The notes under the pieces are model-generated. The model ran no database searches, was not told the DNA's origin, and saw nothing but the letters and a program-made list of their open reading frames with translations. From Candidatus Calidihabitans tengchongensis (lineage in GTDB: Bacteria; Sysuimicrobiota; Sysuimicrobiia; Sysuimicrobiales; Kaftiobacteriaceae): a DNA stretch of 64,000 nt. Shown here piece by piece: positions 27,644 through 36,550 of the stretch. The position numbers and the translations under genes are program-made. Within the stretch, counting starts at the first letter, position 1; the number at the start of each line of letters is the position of its first letter. The DNA lies in assembly GCA_031459615.1 (NCBI GenBank), contig JAVKIE010000004.1, positions 76,955 to 140,954 of the forward strand, read 5' to 3'.

Positions 27644-28644
27644 TGCTGTGGGGACTGCTGGCGGCGCCGGCGCTGCTGGCCGCGTACCTGCGCGCCCAGC
27701 GCCTGCGCGGGCGCGCCGAAGCCGCCCTGGCCGATCCGCACCTGCTCGGGGCCCTGTGGCAGCGGCCGCCGGCGGTGCGGCGGCACCTCCCGGCGGGATG
27801 CTACCTGGCCGCCGTGGCCCTGCTGACCTTCGCCATGGCCCGGCCGTCTGCGACCGTGCCGCTGCCCACCAACCGCGCGGCGCTGGTCCTGGCCGTCGAC
27901 GTCAGCAAGAGCATGATCGGGGAGGACGTGCGCCCCAACCGCCTGCAGGCCGCGCAGCGGGCGGCGCTGGAGGTCCTGCAGGCGGTGCCGGGGTCCGCCC
28001 GCGTGGGGCTGATCGCCTTCAGCGACTACGCCCAGGTCCTGGTGCCTCCCACCACCGATCGCCAGGCCGTGCAGGAGGCGCTGGCGGGGCTGAAGGTCCT
28101 GCAGGCCACCGGCGTGGGCGGCGCCATCGTGGAGGCCCTGCGGATCCTGCCGGGCCGCGCTGAGGCGCTGGGCGACCGCCTGGCGGCCCTGGCGCAGCCG
28201 TTCGGCCCGCGCCCCCAGCCGCCGCCCGCCGCCGCACCCGCCCCATCTGACCTGCCGCCCGCAGCGGTGGTGATCCTGTCTGACGGCGTCAGCAACCTGG
28301 GCGTGGACCCCGCCGTGGCAGCGCGTCTGGCGCTGGACGCACACGTGAAAATCTATGCGGTGGGGGTGGGGACGCCGGGGGGCAGCGTGATGGAGGTGGA
28401 CGGCCAGCTGGTCCTGGTGCCCTTTGACCCGACGCTGCTGCAGCAGATCGCCCAGCTGACGGGAGGCCGCTACCTGGAGGTCACCCAGCAGGACGAGCTG
28501 CGCCAGGCCGCGCGCCAGCTGGGCCGCGCCATCGGATGGGAGCGCCGGCGGACCGAGATCACCTCACCCCTGGCCGGGCTGGCGGGCCTGCTGATCCTGA
28601 CCGGCGCGTCGCTGTCGCTGCTGTGGTTCAGGAGGGTGCCGTGA
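27622..28644 (+). CDS. VWA domain-containing protein (BatA-like), N-terminal TM, C-terminal TM
   Basis: N-terminus WPVMLWGLLAAPALLAAY parallels the next paralog's MTWQWPVMLVGLLALPALAAAY. MIDAS DVSKSM is present. The start is either the GTG at 27622 or the ATG at 27643, overlapping the DUF58 stop. Confidence 0.75.
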   Translation: MEFGWPVMLWGLLAAPALLAAYLRAQRLRGRAEAALADPHLLGALWQRPPAVRRHLPAGCYLAAVALLTFAMARPSATVPLPTNRAALVLAVDVSKSMIGEDVRPNRLQAAQRAALEVLQAVPGSARVGLIAFSDYAQVLVPPTTDRQAVQEALAGLKVLQATGVGGAIVEALRILPGRAEALGDRLAALAQPFGPRPQPPPAAAPAPSDLPPAAVVILSDGVSNLGVDPAVAARLALDAHVKIYAVGVGTPGGSVMEVDGQLVLVPFDPTLLQQIAQLTGGRYLEVTQQDELRQAARQLGRAIGWERRRTEITSPLAGLAGLLILTGASLSLLWFRRVP

Positions 28645-28669
28645 GCGCCGCCCTGCCGCGGAGGATCCG

Positions 28670-29641
28670 ATGACCTGGCAGTGGCCGGTCATGCTGGTGG
28701 GCCTGCTGGCTCTGCCGGCGCTGGCCGCCGCATATGCGGCCGCGCTGCGCCGGCCGCCCCGGAACCCCGTGGCGTACACCCGGGTCTCCCTGGTGGCCCG
28801 CGCGGCAGCGGCCGGGCGGTGGCGGCGCCACCTGCCGGCCGCCCTGGTGGGGGCCAGCCTGGCGGCGGTGATCCTGGCCCTGGCGCGCCCCGTGGCGCCC
28901 CTGCCGGTGCCGGCGGTGCAGACCACCGTGGTGCTCTCCATCGACGTCAGCCGCAGCATGCTGGCCGACGACCTGCCGCCCACCCGGATGGAGGCGGCCA
29001 AGGCGGCCGCCCGGGAGTTCGTGCTGGGCCTGCCGCGGGGGCTGAAGGTGGGGGTGGTGACCTTCAGCAGCTACGCCACCCTGCTGGTGCCTCCCACCGC
29101 CGACCGCGGCCGGGTGGTGCAGGCCATCGAGATGCTGTCCACCGAGTTCGCCACCGCCATCGGCGACGGGCTGGTGGAGGCGGTGTACGCCCTGCCGGGC
29201 CGCCAGCGCCCCGCGTCGCCGTTCCAGCCGCCTCCTCCGCCGGCGGAGGGGGCGCCGCCGGGGACCGTGGTCCTGCTCTCCGACGGCCAGAGCAACCGCG
29301 GGGTCCCGCCCCAGGACGCTGCCCGCATCGCCCGGGAACAGGGCGTGACCGTGTACACCGTGGGGATCGGCACGCCCGAGGGAACGTTTCTGAACCTGGG
29401 CGGGCGGGCCATCTGGGTGCGGCTGGACGAAGACACCCTGCGGGAGATGGCGGAGATCACCGGGGGCGCCTACTACCACGCCCGGTCGGCGGCCGAACTG
29501 CGCCGCGTGTACCGGCGCCTGAGCCGCGCGATCGGATGGGAAGCGCGCCCCACAGAAGTGACCGCCCTGGCCGCCGGGGCGGCCGCCCTGCTGCTGGTGG
29601 CCGCCGTCGGGCTGTCCCTCGCCACCGTGCATCGCGTCTGA
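28670..29641 (+). CDS. VWA domain-containing protein (BatB-like)
   Basis: MTWQWPVMLVGLL... then DVSRSM MIDAS. 323 aa with a C-terminal TM. Confidence 0.8.
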   Translation: MTWQWPVMLVGLLALPALAAAYAAALRRPPRNPVAYTRVSLVARAAAAGRWRRHLPAALVGASLAAVILALARPVAPLPVPAVQTTVVLSIDVSRSMLADDLPPTRMEAAKAAAREFVLGLPRGLKVGVVTFSSYATLLVPPTADRGRVVQAIEMLSTEFATAIGDGLVEAVYALPGRQRPASPFQPPPPPAEGAPPGTVVLLSDGQSNRGVPPQDAARIAREQGVTVYTVGIGTPEGTFLNLGGRAIWVRLDEDTLREMAEITGGAYYHARSAAELRRVYRRLSRAIGWEARPTEVTALAAGAAALLLVAAVGLSLATVHRV

Positions 29642-29690
29642 GACGCCCCTTCGCCCGGCCGTCGGCAGCACGAATCCGCCGGGTGACCTG

Positions 29691-31244
29691 CTACGGGGCG
29701 CGTCCGGACGTCCCCTCAAAGACCCGGACCTGGTCGCGACCGGCCTGCTTGGCCTGGTAGAGGGCCAGGTCGGCGCGCTGCAGCAGCGCTTCGAGGGACG
29801 GGCACCCGTCGGCGGAGGCGACCCCGGCGCTGATGCTGGTTCGCAGCAGGTGCTCGCCGAACGAGAGGCGCATCTCGGCCACCGCATGCCGCAGCCGGCT
29901 GACGACCCGCAGGGCGTCGTCGATGCCGGTCTCGGGCAGCAGCAGGACCAGCTCGTCGCCCCCGAACCGGGCGGCTACGTCCACCCGCCGCAGCTCCTGC
30001 CGGATCTGGCGGGCGACGTGCTGGAGGATCTCGTCCCCGGCCAGGTGCCCGTAGCGGTCGTTGAGGTCTTTGAAGTTGTCCACATCCACCATCACCGCAC
30101 ACAGCGGGTGGCGGTAGCGCTGGTAGCGGGCGAACTCCCTCTCCGCCAGGTCGAAGAACGCCCGCCGGTTCAGCAGCCCCGTGAGGCTATCGGTGGTGGC
30201 CAGCTCCCGCAGGCTGCCCAGGAGCCGCAGGTTCTCACCCATCACCGTCAGCTGGCGGATCAGTACCACCCCGGTCAGGGCAATGGCGGCGTACAGCAAC
30301 CCCCCCAGGGGGTAGGGGGTCGCGTACCGCCCGGCGACAAACAGCAGGATGTAGCCCAGCACGGCGGCCAGGTAGGGGAGAGGACTGATGCCGACGGCTT
30401 GGGCGATGCCGGTCCGTTCCACCGGCGGGCGCACCCGCGCCGTCCACGCCTGATGCCCGGCGGCGGCGGCCGCCAGCCACCAAGCCAGCATCCACAAGGC
30501 GTCCGGCCAGTCCCCGGGCCGGTAGCGGTCCTGCAGGGTGAGGTAGCCAAAACCGATGTCCGCCGCCAGGAACGCCCCGACGGCGGCTCCCAGCAGGCCC
30601 AGAGCGGTGCGGTCGCCGGCCTGTGGCTGGCGCAGCAGCAACGCCGCCACCCCGAAGATCACCACCAGGTCGCCGATCGGGTACGCGGTGGAGAGGACGG
30701 TCTCCACGGTGGACGCCTGCGCGGACAGCGCGATGGGGCCCAGGACGAAGTACCAGATCACCATCCACCCGCCGAGCAGCACCGTCGCCGCGTCCAGCCA
30801 GAACGTGGCCCGCTCGGCCGCTGTGGCGGGCGCGTGGGGGAACAGCAGCAGGCCCGCCATCATCAGCGGGTAGAACAGCAGGTAGCCGATGTCGGCCACG
30901 GAGGGAAACGGGGAAACGCCGCGGACCACTTCGAGATACGCCCACGCGACGTCGCCAGCAGTCCAGGACAGCAGGGCCAGCGCGATCACTCGCCAGGCCG
31001 CGCGCGCCCGGCCCGGCAGCGCCCGGTTCTGGCCGGCCTGCCACGCCAGAGCCCAGGCGGCCAGGCCCATGGGCGGAAAGGCCAGGTCGCCGATGGCCTC
31101 ACGGTAGGGGAGCCTGTCGGCGCCCCACGCGACCCAGGCGACGAACGCCAGGACGTACAGCCCCAGGATGAGGACGACACGGCCGCTGCGGTCGGCCAGC
31201 CAGGTCCGCAGCCCTCCGAATGCCGGCCTGCCCCAGATCCCCAC
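29691..31244 (-). CDS. Diguanylate cyclase with an N-terminal polytopic membrane sensor domain (intact GGDEF)
   Basis: About 9 TM helices, then RTDSLTGLLNRRAF ... DVDNFKDLNDRYGHLAGDEIL ... ARFGGDELVLLL ... QRADLALYQAK, a complete GGDEF domain. Confidence 0.85.
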   Translation of the reverse strand: MGIWGRPAFGGLRTWLADRSGRVVLILGLYVLAFVAWVAWGADRLPYREAIGDLAFPPMGLAAWALAWQAGQNRALPGRARAAWRVIALALLSWTAGDVAWAYLEVVRGVSPFPSVADIGYLLFYPLMMAGLLLFPHAPATAAERATFWLDAATVLLGGWMVIWYFVLGPIALSAQASTVETVLSTAYPIGDLVVIFGVAALLLRQPQAGDRTALGLLGAAVGAFLAADIGFGYLTLQDRYRPGDWPDALWMLAWWLAAAAAGHQAWTARVRPPVERTGIAQAVGISPLPYLAAVLGYILLFVAGRYATPYPLGGLLYAAIALTGVVLIRQLTVMGENLRLLGSLRELATTDSLTGLLNRRAFFDLAEREFARYQRYRHPLCAVMVDVDNFKDLNDRYGHLAGDEILQHVARQIRQELRRVDVAARFGGDELVLLLPETGIDDALRVVSRLRHAVAEMRLSFGEHLLRTSISAGVASADGCPSLEALLQRADLALYQAKQAGRDQVRVFEGTSGRAP

Positions 31245-31363
31245 CCGGGTTTCCCTCCCGTCCGGCCGGTACTTCCGTCCCTCCTGTCCCGTACCCTGCC
31301 CGGCCGCCCTTTTCCCCGGGCCGGAGGACGGAGCCCGCGCCGTGCTAGAATACCCCCGGGCGC

Positions 31364-31439
31364 GCGCCTGTAGCTCAGGGGACAGAGCGGCTGCCTTCTA
31401 AGCAGCGGGTCGCAGGTTCGAATCCTGCCAGGCGCGCCA
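31364..31439 (+). tRNA. tRNA-Arg (anticodon TCT), CCA encoded
   Basis: GCGCCTG-TA-GCTC-AGGGGACA-GAGC-G-GCTGC-CTTCTAA-GCAGC-GGGTC-GCAGG-TTCGAAT-CCTGC-CAGGCGC-G-CCA, a perfect cloverleaf. Confidence 0.85.
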
Positions 31440-31584
31440 GCCCGGCGGAGCGCCCCCGCCAGGGGCGCAATCCCTATCTCCCTCGTGGGAGAGGGCAGGG
31501 TGAGGGCGTACTCTGCCGGACGCCCGGGCATACACACAGCGTGGCGGCACGATAGTCCGCACGCCGCGAGGAGGACGCTGTCGG

Positions 31585-32307
31585 ATGAAGATCATGCGTG
31601 TCGTCTGCCTTGTCGCAGCTGTCGTCGTGGCGGCCGGACCTGCGGTCCCTCCCGCCCACGCGGCCACCCAGGTCTCCGTCTGGCCGGCCACCCTGAGCTT
31701 TGGCACCCCTGGCGGGGAGTTCGCGTGGACATCCACGGTCCTGGGGCTGCGCTTTGACCAGGGGCTGGCGCCGATGGTGGGCCTGCGGACCACGCTGCAG
31801 TACGGCCCGGTCAGCGGGTTGACCTTCGGCGGGGCGTCGCTGTCCGGGTACTCCGGCCAGACCCTGGCCGGTGAAGCGCTGCTGCGGGTGGGGCTCGGGG
31901 CAGGCCGGGTGGGCGTAGGCGGGTTTGCGGGCTACGGCGGATACGTGCTCCACGCCTCCGGGCCGTCGGCGTCCGACCGTATCCTCCTGCAGGACCTGGG
32001 GGTGCGGGTGGGCGTGGACCTGGCCCTGGCCGTCGCCCCCGCCCTCAGCCTGCGGGCGACGTACGCGCTCAGCCCGTCGGTGAACGTACAGGCCGACTAC
32101 GCCCTCAGCAGTCCCCCTGCCAGCGGGCAGTTCACAGGAACCGGCAGCGGCAGCGACCTGGAGGCGGTTCTGGTCTTCAGCCCGGTACCCCGGACCGCGG
32201 TGTTCGCCGGCTACCGCAGCGTCACGCGCCAGGTCAGCTGGACCGGAGGTCCGGACACCACCAGCTCGTTCACGGGCTGGGTGGTGGGACTGACGCTGTC
32301 TTTCTAG
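31585..32307 (+). CDS. Secreted Gly/Ser/Thr/Ala-rich hypothetical protein with a C-terminal Phe; composition suggests a possible beta-barrel
   Basis: RBS GAGGAGGA. Signal peptide MKIMRVVCLVAAVVVAAGPAVPPAHAA. The secreted part is rich in Gly/Ser/Thr/Ala with Val/Leu/Tyr scattered through it, which is compatible with beta-strands but was not tested. The protein ends ...VVGLTLSF, a terminal Phe as in OMP beta-barrels. 240 aa. Confidence 0.55.
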   Translation: MKIMRVVCLVAAVVVAAGPAVPPAHAATQVSVWPATLSFGTPGGEFAWTSTVLGLRFDQGLAPMVGLRTTLQYGPVSGLTFGGASLSGYSGQTLAGEALLRVGLGAGRVGVGGFAGYGGYVLHASGPSASDRILLQDLGVRVGVDLALAVAPALSLRATYALSPSVNVQADYALSSPPASGQFTGTGSGSDLEAVLVFSPVPRTAVFAGYRSVTRQVSWTGGPDTTSSFTGWVVGLTLSF

Positions 32308-32377
32308 CGGCCGCTCCGCGATCGCGCTGTGCGGCAGGAGAGGGTCCGGGTCGGTGTGGAACACACCGCCCGGACCC

Positions 32378-32944
32378 ATGGCGACGGATCCTCGGAGCGG
32401 GCTGCCAGCCGATCTGCCGGTTCCCGTCAACGACGGGGCGTGCGCGCACCTGCCGGGTCTGCGCCTGCCGTCGGTGCCGCTTCTGTCCACGGCCGGGGGC
32501 ACGGTGGACCTCGCCGCGCTGCCCGGGCGTACGGTCGTCTATTGCTATCCCCGCACCGGGCGGCCCGGGGAGCCCCTGCCGACGGGGTGGGAGTTGATCC
32601 CCGGGGCCCGCGGCTGCACGCCCCAGGCGTGCGCGTTCCGCGACCGCCACGGGGACTTCGCCCGGCGGGACGTGCGCGTTCTCGGCGTGAGCGCCCAGAC
32701 TCCCGACGAGCAGGCCGAAGCCGCCCGGCGCCTGGGGCTGCCGTTTGACCTGCTCAGCGACGCGCGGCTGGACTTCGCCCGGGCCCTGCGGCTGCCCACC
32801 TTTGAGGTGGACGGGCGCGCGTACCTCCGCCGGCTCACCCTGATTGTCCGGGACGGGCGCGTCGAGCACGTCTTCTACCCCGTGTTCCCCCCCGACCGCA
32901 ATCCCGACGAGGTCCTGGCCTGGCTGGACGCCCAACCGATGTAG
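32378..32944 (+). CDS. Peroxiredoxin, Bcp/PrxQ-type (AhpC/TSA family)
   Basis: VVYCYPRTGRPG ... GCTPQACAFRD resembles the Bcp TPGCT.QAC motif. Start taken at MATDPRSG (M9 of the listed ORF). Confidence 0.7.
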   Translation: MATDPRSGLPADLPVPVNDGACAHLPGLRLPSVPLLSTAGGTVDLAALPGRTVVYCYPRTGRPGEPLPTGWELIPGARGCTPQACAFRDRHGDFARRDVRVLGVSAQTPDEQAEAARRLGLPFDLLSDARLDFARALRLPTFEVDGRAYLRRLTLIVRDGRVEHVFYPVFPPDRNPDEVLAWLDAQPM

Positions 32945-32978
32945 GCAGCCGACTCCCGGCGGTGGGGAGGGGGTCCGG

Positions 32979-33662
32979 ATGACGCCGTGGCCGGCCAGCG
33001 CCGAGGACCTGATCCGCGAGCAGGAGCGCCTGGCGGCCCTGCGGCCCCCGCCCTGGCGGATGGGTGCGGAGGAGGTGGCCGTGGGCGGCTGCTTCGTGTG
33101 CTTTCCCCGCGGGTACGAGGGCGAGGGTGCCGCGGGAGACCCCGCGTGGGCGGCGGCCGTGGTGGTGCGCCACGGACGCCTGCTCGCCGAGGTGGTGGTC
33201 CGCGCCCGCGCCGCCGCGCCCTACCGCCCGGGGCTGCTGGCCCTGCGGGAGGGGCCGGCCCTGGAGGACGCCGTGCGGGCATTGCCGATCCGCCCGGACG
33301 TGCTGCTGGTGAACGCCACCGGACGCGACCACCCTCGCCGCGCCGGGCTCGCGCTGCACCTGGGCGCACGTCTGGACCTGCCCACCGTCGGAGTCACCGA
33401 CCGGCCGCTGATGGCGGCCGGCCCGCCGCCGGGCCCCCACAGGGGGTCCGCCAGTCCCCTGACCATCGGGGAGGAGGTGGTGGCCACCTGGGTACGCACC
33501 CGGACCGCCAGCCGCCCGGTGGTCGCCCATGCCGCGTGGCGCACCGACCCGGAGACCGCCGCCGCGGTGATCCTGCGCACCGCCACCGCCGCCCGGACCC
33601 CCGAGCCTCTGCGATTGGCCCGCCGGGCCGCCCGCGCGGCCCGCGCCGCGGATGCGGGGTGA
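32979..33662 (+). CDS. nfi: Endonuclease V (deoxyinosine 3' endonuclease)
   Basis: Start MTPWPASAEDLIREQERLAA... Family motifs ...VAVGGCFVCF..., ...PYRPGLLALREGP... and ...VLLVNATGRDHPRRAGLALHLG... are present. 227 aa. Confidence 0.8.
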   Translation: MTPWPASAEDLIREQERLAALRPPPWRMGAEEVAVGGCFVCFPRGYEGEGAAGDPAWAAAVVVRHGRLLAEVVVRARAAAPYRPGLLALREGPALEDAVRALPIRPDVLLVNATGRDHPRRAGLALHLGARLDLPTVGVTDRPLMAAGPPPGPHRGSASPLTIGEEVVATWVRTRTASRPVVAHAAWRTDPETAAAVILRTATAARTPEPLRLARRAARAARAADAG

Positions 33663-33665
33663 GCC

Positions 33666-34217
33666 GTGTCGGCCAAGAACATCCTGCTGACCGGACGTCC
33701 CGGGGTGGGCAAGACCACGGTCGTGCGGGCGGTGGTGGAGCGCCTGTCGGCGCGGGTCGGAGGATTCTACACCGAGGAGATCCGCGAGGGGGGCCGCCGC
33801 CAGGGGTTTGCCATCGTGACCACCGACGGTCGCCGGGCCGTGATGGCCCACGTGCGCCTGCGCTCGCCGCATACCGTGGGACGCTACGGCGTCAGCGTGG
33901 AGGCCATCGACGCCGTGGCCGTGCCCGCCCTGCGGGATGCCCTGCAGACGGCCGACGTGGTGGTCGTGGACGAGATCGCGCGCATGGAGCTGTGCTCCCC
34001 GCGCTTCGCCGCGGCGGTGCGCGCCGTCCTGGACAGCCCCCGCCCGGTGCTGGGCGTCGTCCAGGCTGCCCGCCTGCCGTTTCTGGACGAGGTCCGCCGC
34101 CGGCCCGACGTGCGGCTGGTGGAGGTGACCCCGGCCACGCGGGACGCTGCGGTGGAGGTCGTCGCCCGGGAGGTGGAGGCCCTGGTGCGCCGCCGGCGGG
34201 ATGAGGGGTCAGCCTGA
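33666..34217 (+). CDS. Nucleoside-triphosphatase THEP1-like (AAA NTPase)
   Basis: ILLTGRPGVGKTT Walker A and VVVVDEIARMEL Walker B are present. 183 aa. GTG start 4 nt after the nfi stop. Confidence 0.75.
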   Translation: MSAKNILLTGRPGVGKTTVVRAVVERLSARVGGFYTEEIREGGRRQGFAIVTTDGRRAVMAHVRLRSPHTVGRYGVSVEAIDAVAVPALRDALQTADVVVVDEIARMELCSPRFAAAVRAVLDSPRPVLGVVQAARLPFLDEVRRRPDVRLVEVTPATRDAAVEVVAREVEALVRRRRDEGSA

Positions 34218-35348
34218 CGGCGGCGGGGGAGGAACGGGCAGGGGCCGCAGCTCCGGCCAGGGGTTGTAGGGACCTCCCGACGTGAGATCCACCTCCGCGT
34301 CCAGCTGTCTGTCGGCGAACAGCAGCACCAGGCGCAGGGCCCGCGGCCGGGCCGACGATCGCTTCTCAAAGACCAGCCGGCCGGAGACGAGGCGTCCGGG
34401 GCCGATCTCCCCCGGCAGCGTGGAGCGCAGGAAGCGCATCGACAGTTCCCCGTCCTCGGACAGCAGCGCCACCCGTCCGGCCATCACGGTGGCCAGGGCA
34501 TCGGTGAGATTCTCCACGGCCAAGTCCAGTGTCCACGCCTCGCCCAGCTCGGCCAGGCGGCGAGGTCGGACCACGATGCCCTCCATCTCGACGGGCCTGT
34601 CGTAGTGCCACACCCGCAGCGGCAGGCCCCGGGAGGGGAAGGCGCCGTAGGCGGCGCGGAGGGCCTCCACGCGGTCCAGAAATCCCGGGTGGGTTCCGGC
34701 CCAGTGGGTCCGCTCCTGTCGGCGCCCGGTGACCTGGTTGAACCAGGCCAGCGTGCGGGGGGCCGCCTCGGGCGGGAACCCGGCTTCGACCAGCATCCGC
34801 AGCGCCTCCAGGTCGGCTTCGGTCTCCATCTCCCGGGAAAACCCCAGCATGGCCAGGTCCAGCAGCAGGCGGGCGACGTCGGCGGCCGACTGGCTGCCGG
34901 TCAGGATGGCCACCAGGAGGGAGAACAGCGCGCCGGCATACGCGCGCTCGACGACGGCCGCCACATGCCGCCGCGCGGTGTGGGCGATTTCGTGGGCGAG
35001 GACAAACGTCCACGCCTCGGCATCCAGGCCGAGGGTGAGCATGCCCCGGGTCACGAAAAGGTACCCCGGGGTGCTGGCCGCATTGGGCTCGGGGATGTTC
35101 AGGATGACGATCTGGTGGGGGACGTCCGGCCGGCCGGAAAACGGCACCAGCCGGTCGCGTAGGTCCGTGAAAAACGCTGTCCAGCCGGCGTCGGCGACCA
35201 CCCCGTGGCGTGCAATGAGGGTAGCCGCCACCTCCCGCCCGACGGCCAGCTCGTACTCCCGGGAGATCGTGGCCTGGGCGCCGGCGGGAGCCGCCAGCAG
35301 GACGGCAGCCAGGCCGGCGGCCAGCAGGCGGATGGAGCGGACGCCCAT
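34209..35348 (-). CDS. M48-family zinc metallopeptidase, secreted
   Basis: Start MGVRSIRLLAAGLAAVLLAAPAGAQA. HEIAH (HExxH) is followed by a downstream EADLEAL region (Glu as third ligand). The N-terminal 65 codons of the listed ORF are Pro/Arg-rich and unlikely to be translated. Confidence 0.75.
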   Translation of the reverse strand: MGVRSIRLLAAGLAAVLLAAPAGAQATISREYELAVGREVAATLIARHGVVADAGWTAFFTDLRDRLVPFSGRPDVPHQIVILNIPEPNAASTPGYLFVTRGMLTLGLDAEAWTFVLAHEIAHTARRHVAAVVERAYAGALFSLLVAILTGSQSAADVARLLLDLAMLGFSREMETEADLEALRMLVEAGFPPEAAPRTLAWFNQVTGRRQERTHWAGTHPGFLDRVEALRAAYGAFPSRGLPLRVWHYDRPVEMEGIVVRPRRLAELGEAWTLDLAVENLTDALATVMAGRVALLSEDGELSMRFLRSTLPGEIGPGRLVSGRLVFEKRSSARPRALRLVLLFADRQLDAEVDLTSGGPYNPWPELRPLPVPPPPPSG

Positions 35349-35439
35349 CGGTCGCCTCCGCGGCGGGCTGAACCCAGTATCGGCCTGCGGGGGACGTGTG
35401 TCTACGGGGACCGGGAGCCGGGCAGACGCCGTGGGAAGG

Positions 35440-36456
35440 TCAGGAGGATCTGCCTCCGTCCAGGACAGTCTCGATGTGGCCGTTGACGGCGGACAGGACC
35501 GTCTTGGCCGCCGCCACCGGTTCGTCGCCCGCGATGCGGGCAATGCCCAGCAGGGTCTCCTCCCCGGCCGGGGTCAGAAACAGCACCTTCACCCCGGCCG
35601 CCCGGATGGTCGCGTCCGCGTCAGAGGCCACCGGGATGATCTTCTCCAGCTCGACGCCGTACCCCTCCGGCAACAGCGCCGTCACGGCCCGGGCGGTGGC
35701 CTGGGCGGCGATGTACAGGCGCTGCTCCGGCTCGTTGCGTCCCACGGCCTTGCCGGTCACCGCGTGGCCGTTGAGGGCCAGGGTAACCGCCGCCGTGGCC
35801 GCGCGCCCGACGGCCTCCAGGCGCACCTCCCGCAGGATGATGCGCCGGCCGGTGGCCCGGCGGGCAGGAGCGGGCACCTGGGGCACCGGGACCGGTGCCT
35901 GCGGCGCGGGCGGGGGGGCGGACGGCTGCAGCTGCGGGGAGGATGGACCGGAAGCCGGACGGGGAGGCGTGGGCGCCGGCCTGCTCTCCTCCGCAGAAGG
36001 CGTGGGCGGCTCGGGTTCGGGCAGGGTGGCCGGGAGGCGGCGGCCGTTGGGCGACGCGCCGGTGTGCCGATGGGCCAGCGCGCGCAGTTCGGCCCGCAGG
36101 CGCGCGACGTCCGAAGGGGTCCGGGTGACGAAGGCCACCAGGGAGTTGTCGCCGACGGGGTCCACGATGATGGTGCCGCCGTCGTCGAACTCGGCCATCA
36201 CCCCGTCCACGCGGCCGCGGGAGGCCGGTCCGGTGTGGGAGAGCTGCAGGGCCGCCGCGGCGTGGGCCGCCAGGGATTCCAGCTCCATGGGCTCGTCTCC
36301 GCAGACCACGGAGTCGATCAGCAGGCCGTCCCAGGTGGCCACCAGCGCCGTGCGGACGCCCAGACGGCACAGCCGGTCCTGGCCGCGGGGGTCCCGAAAC
36401 AGCGCCTGCAGCTGCTCCAGGTTCTCGAACTCCTTCAGTTCTTCCAGGATCGTCAT
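35440..36456 (-). CDS. Roadblock/LC7 (MglB-like) domain protein with a long Pro-rich linker and a C-terminal domain of unknown function
   Basis: Start MTILEELKEFENLEQLQALFRDPRGQDRLCRLGVRTALVATWDGLLIDSVV (roadblock fold motif). Then a proline-rich linker of roughly 80 aa (PEPEPPTPSAEESRPAPTPPRPASGPSSPQLQPSAPPPAPQAPVPVPQVPAP). Then a 120-aa Ala/Val/Gly-rich domain. Confidence 0.6.
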   Translation of the reverse strand: MTILEELKEFENLEQLQALFRDPRGQDRLCRLGVRTALVATWDGLLIDSVVCGDEPMELESLAAHAAAALQLSHTGPASRGRVDGVMAEFDDGGTIIVDPVGDNSLVAFVTRTPSDVARLRAELRALAHRHTGASPNGRRLPATLPEPEPPTPSAEESRPAPTPPRPASGPSSPQLQPSAPPPAPQAPVPVPQVPAPARRATGRRIILREVRLEAVGRAATAAVTLALNGHAVTGKAVGRNEPEQRLYIAAQATARAVTALLPEGYGVELEKIIPVASDADATIRAAGVKVLFLTPAGEETLLGIARIAGDEPVAAAKTVLSAVNGHIETVLDGGRSS

Positions 36457-36550
36457 GGCGCTGTCCCGCCCCACCCTGGAGCAACTTTCGTGCCGTGGCA
36501 AGGTCCAGCGCCGCCAAACCGGAATGGACGGCGGGTAGGGCAGGGAAGGA

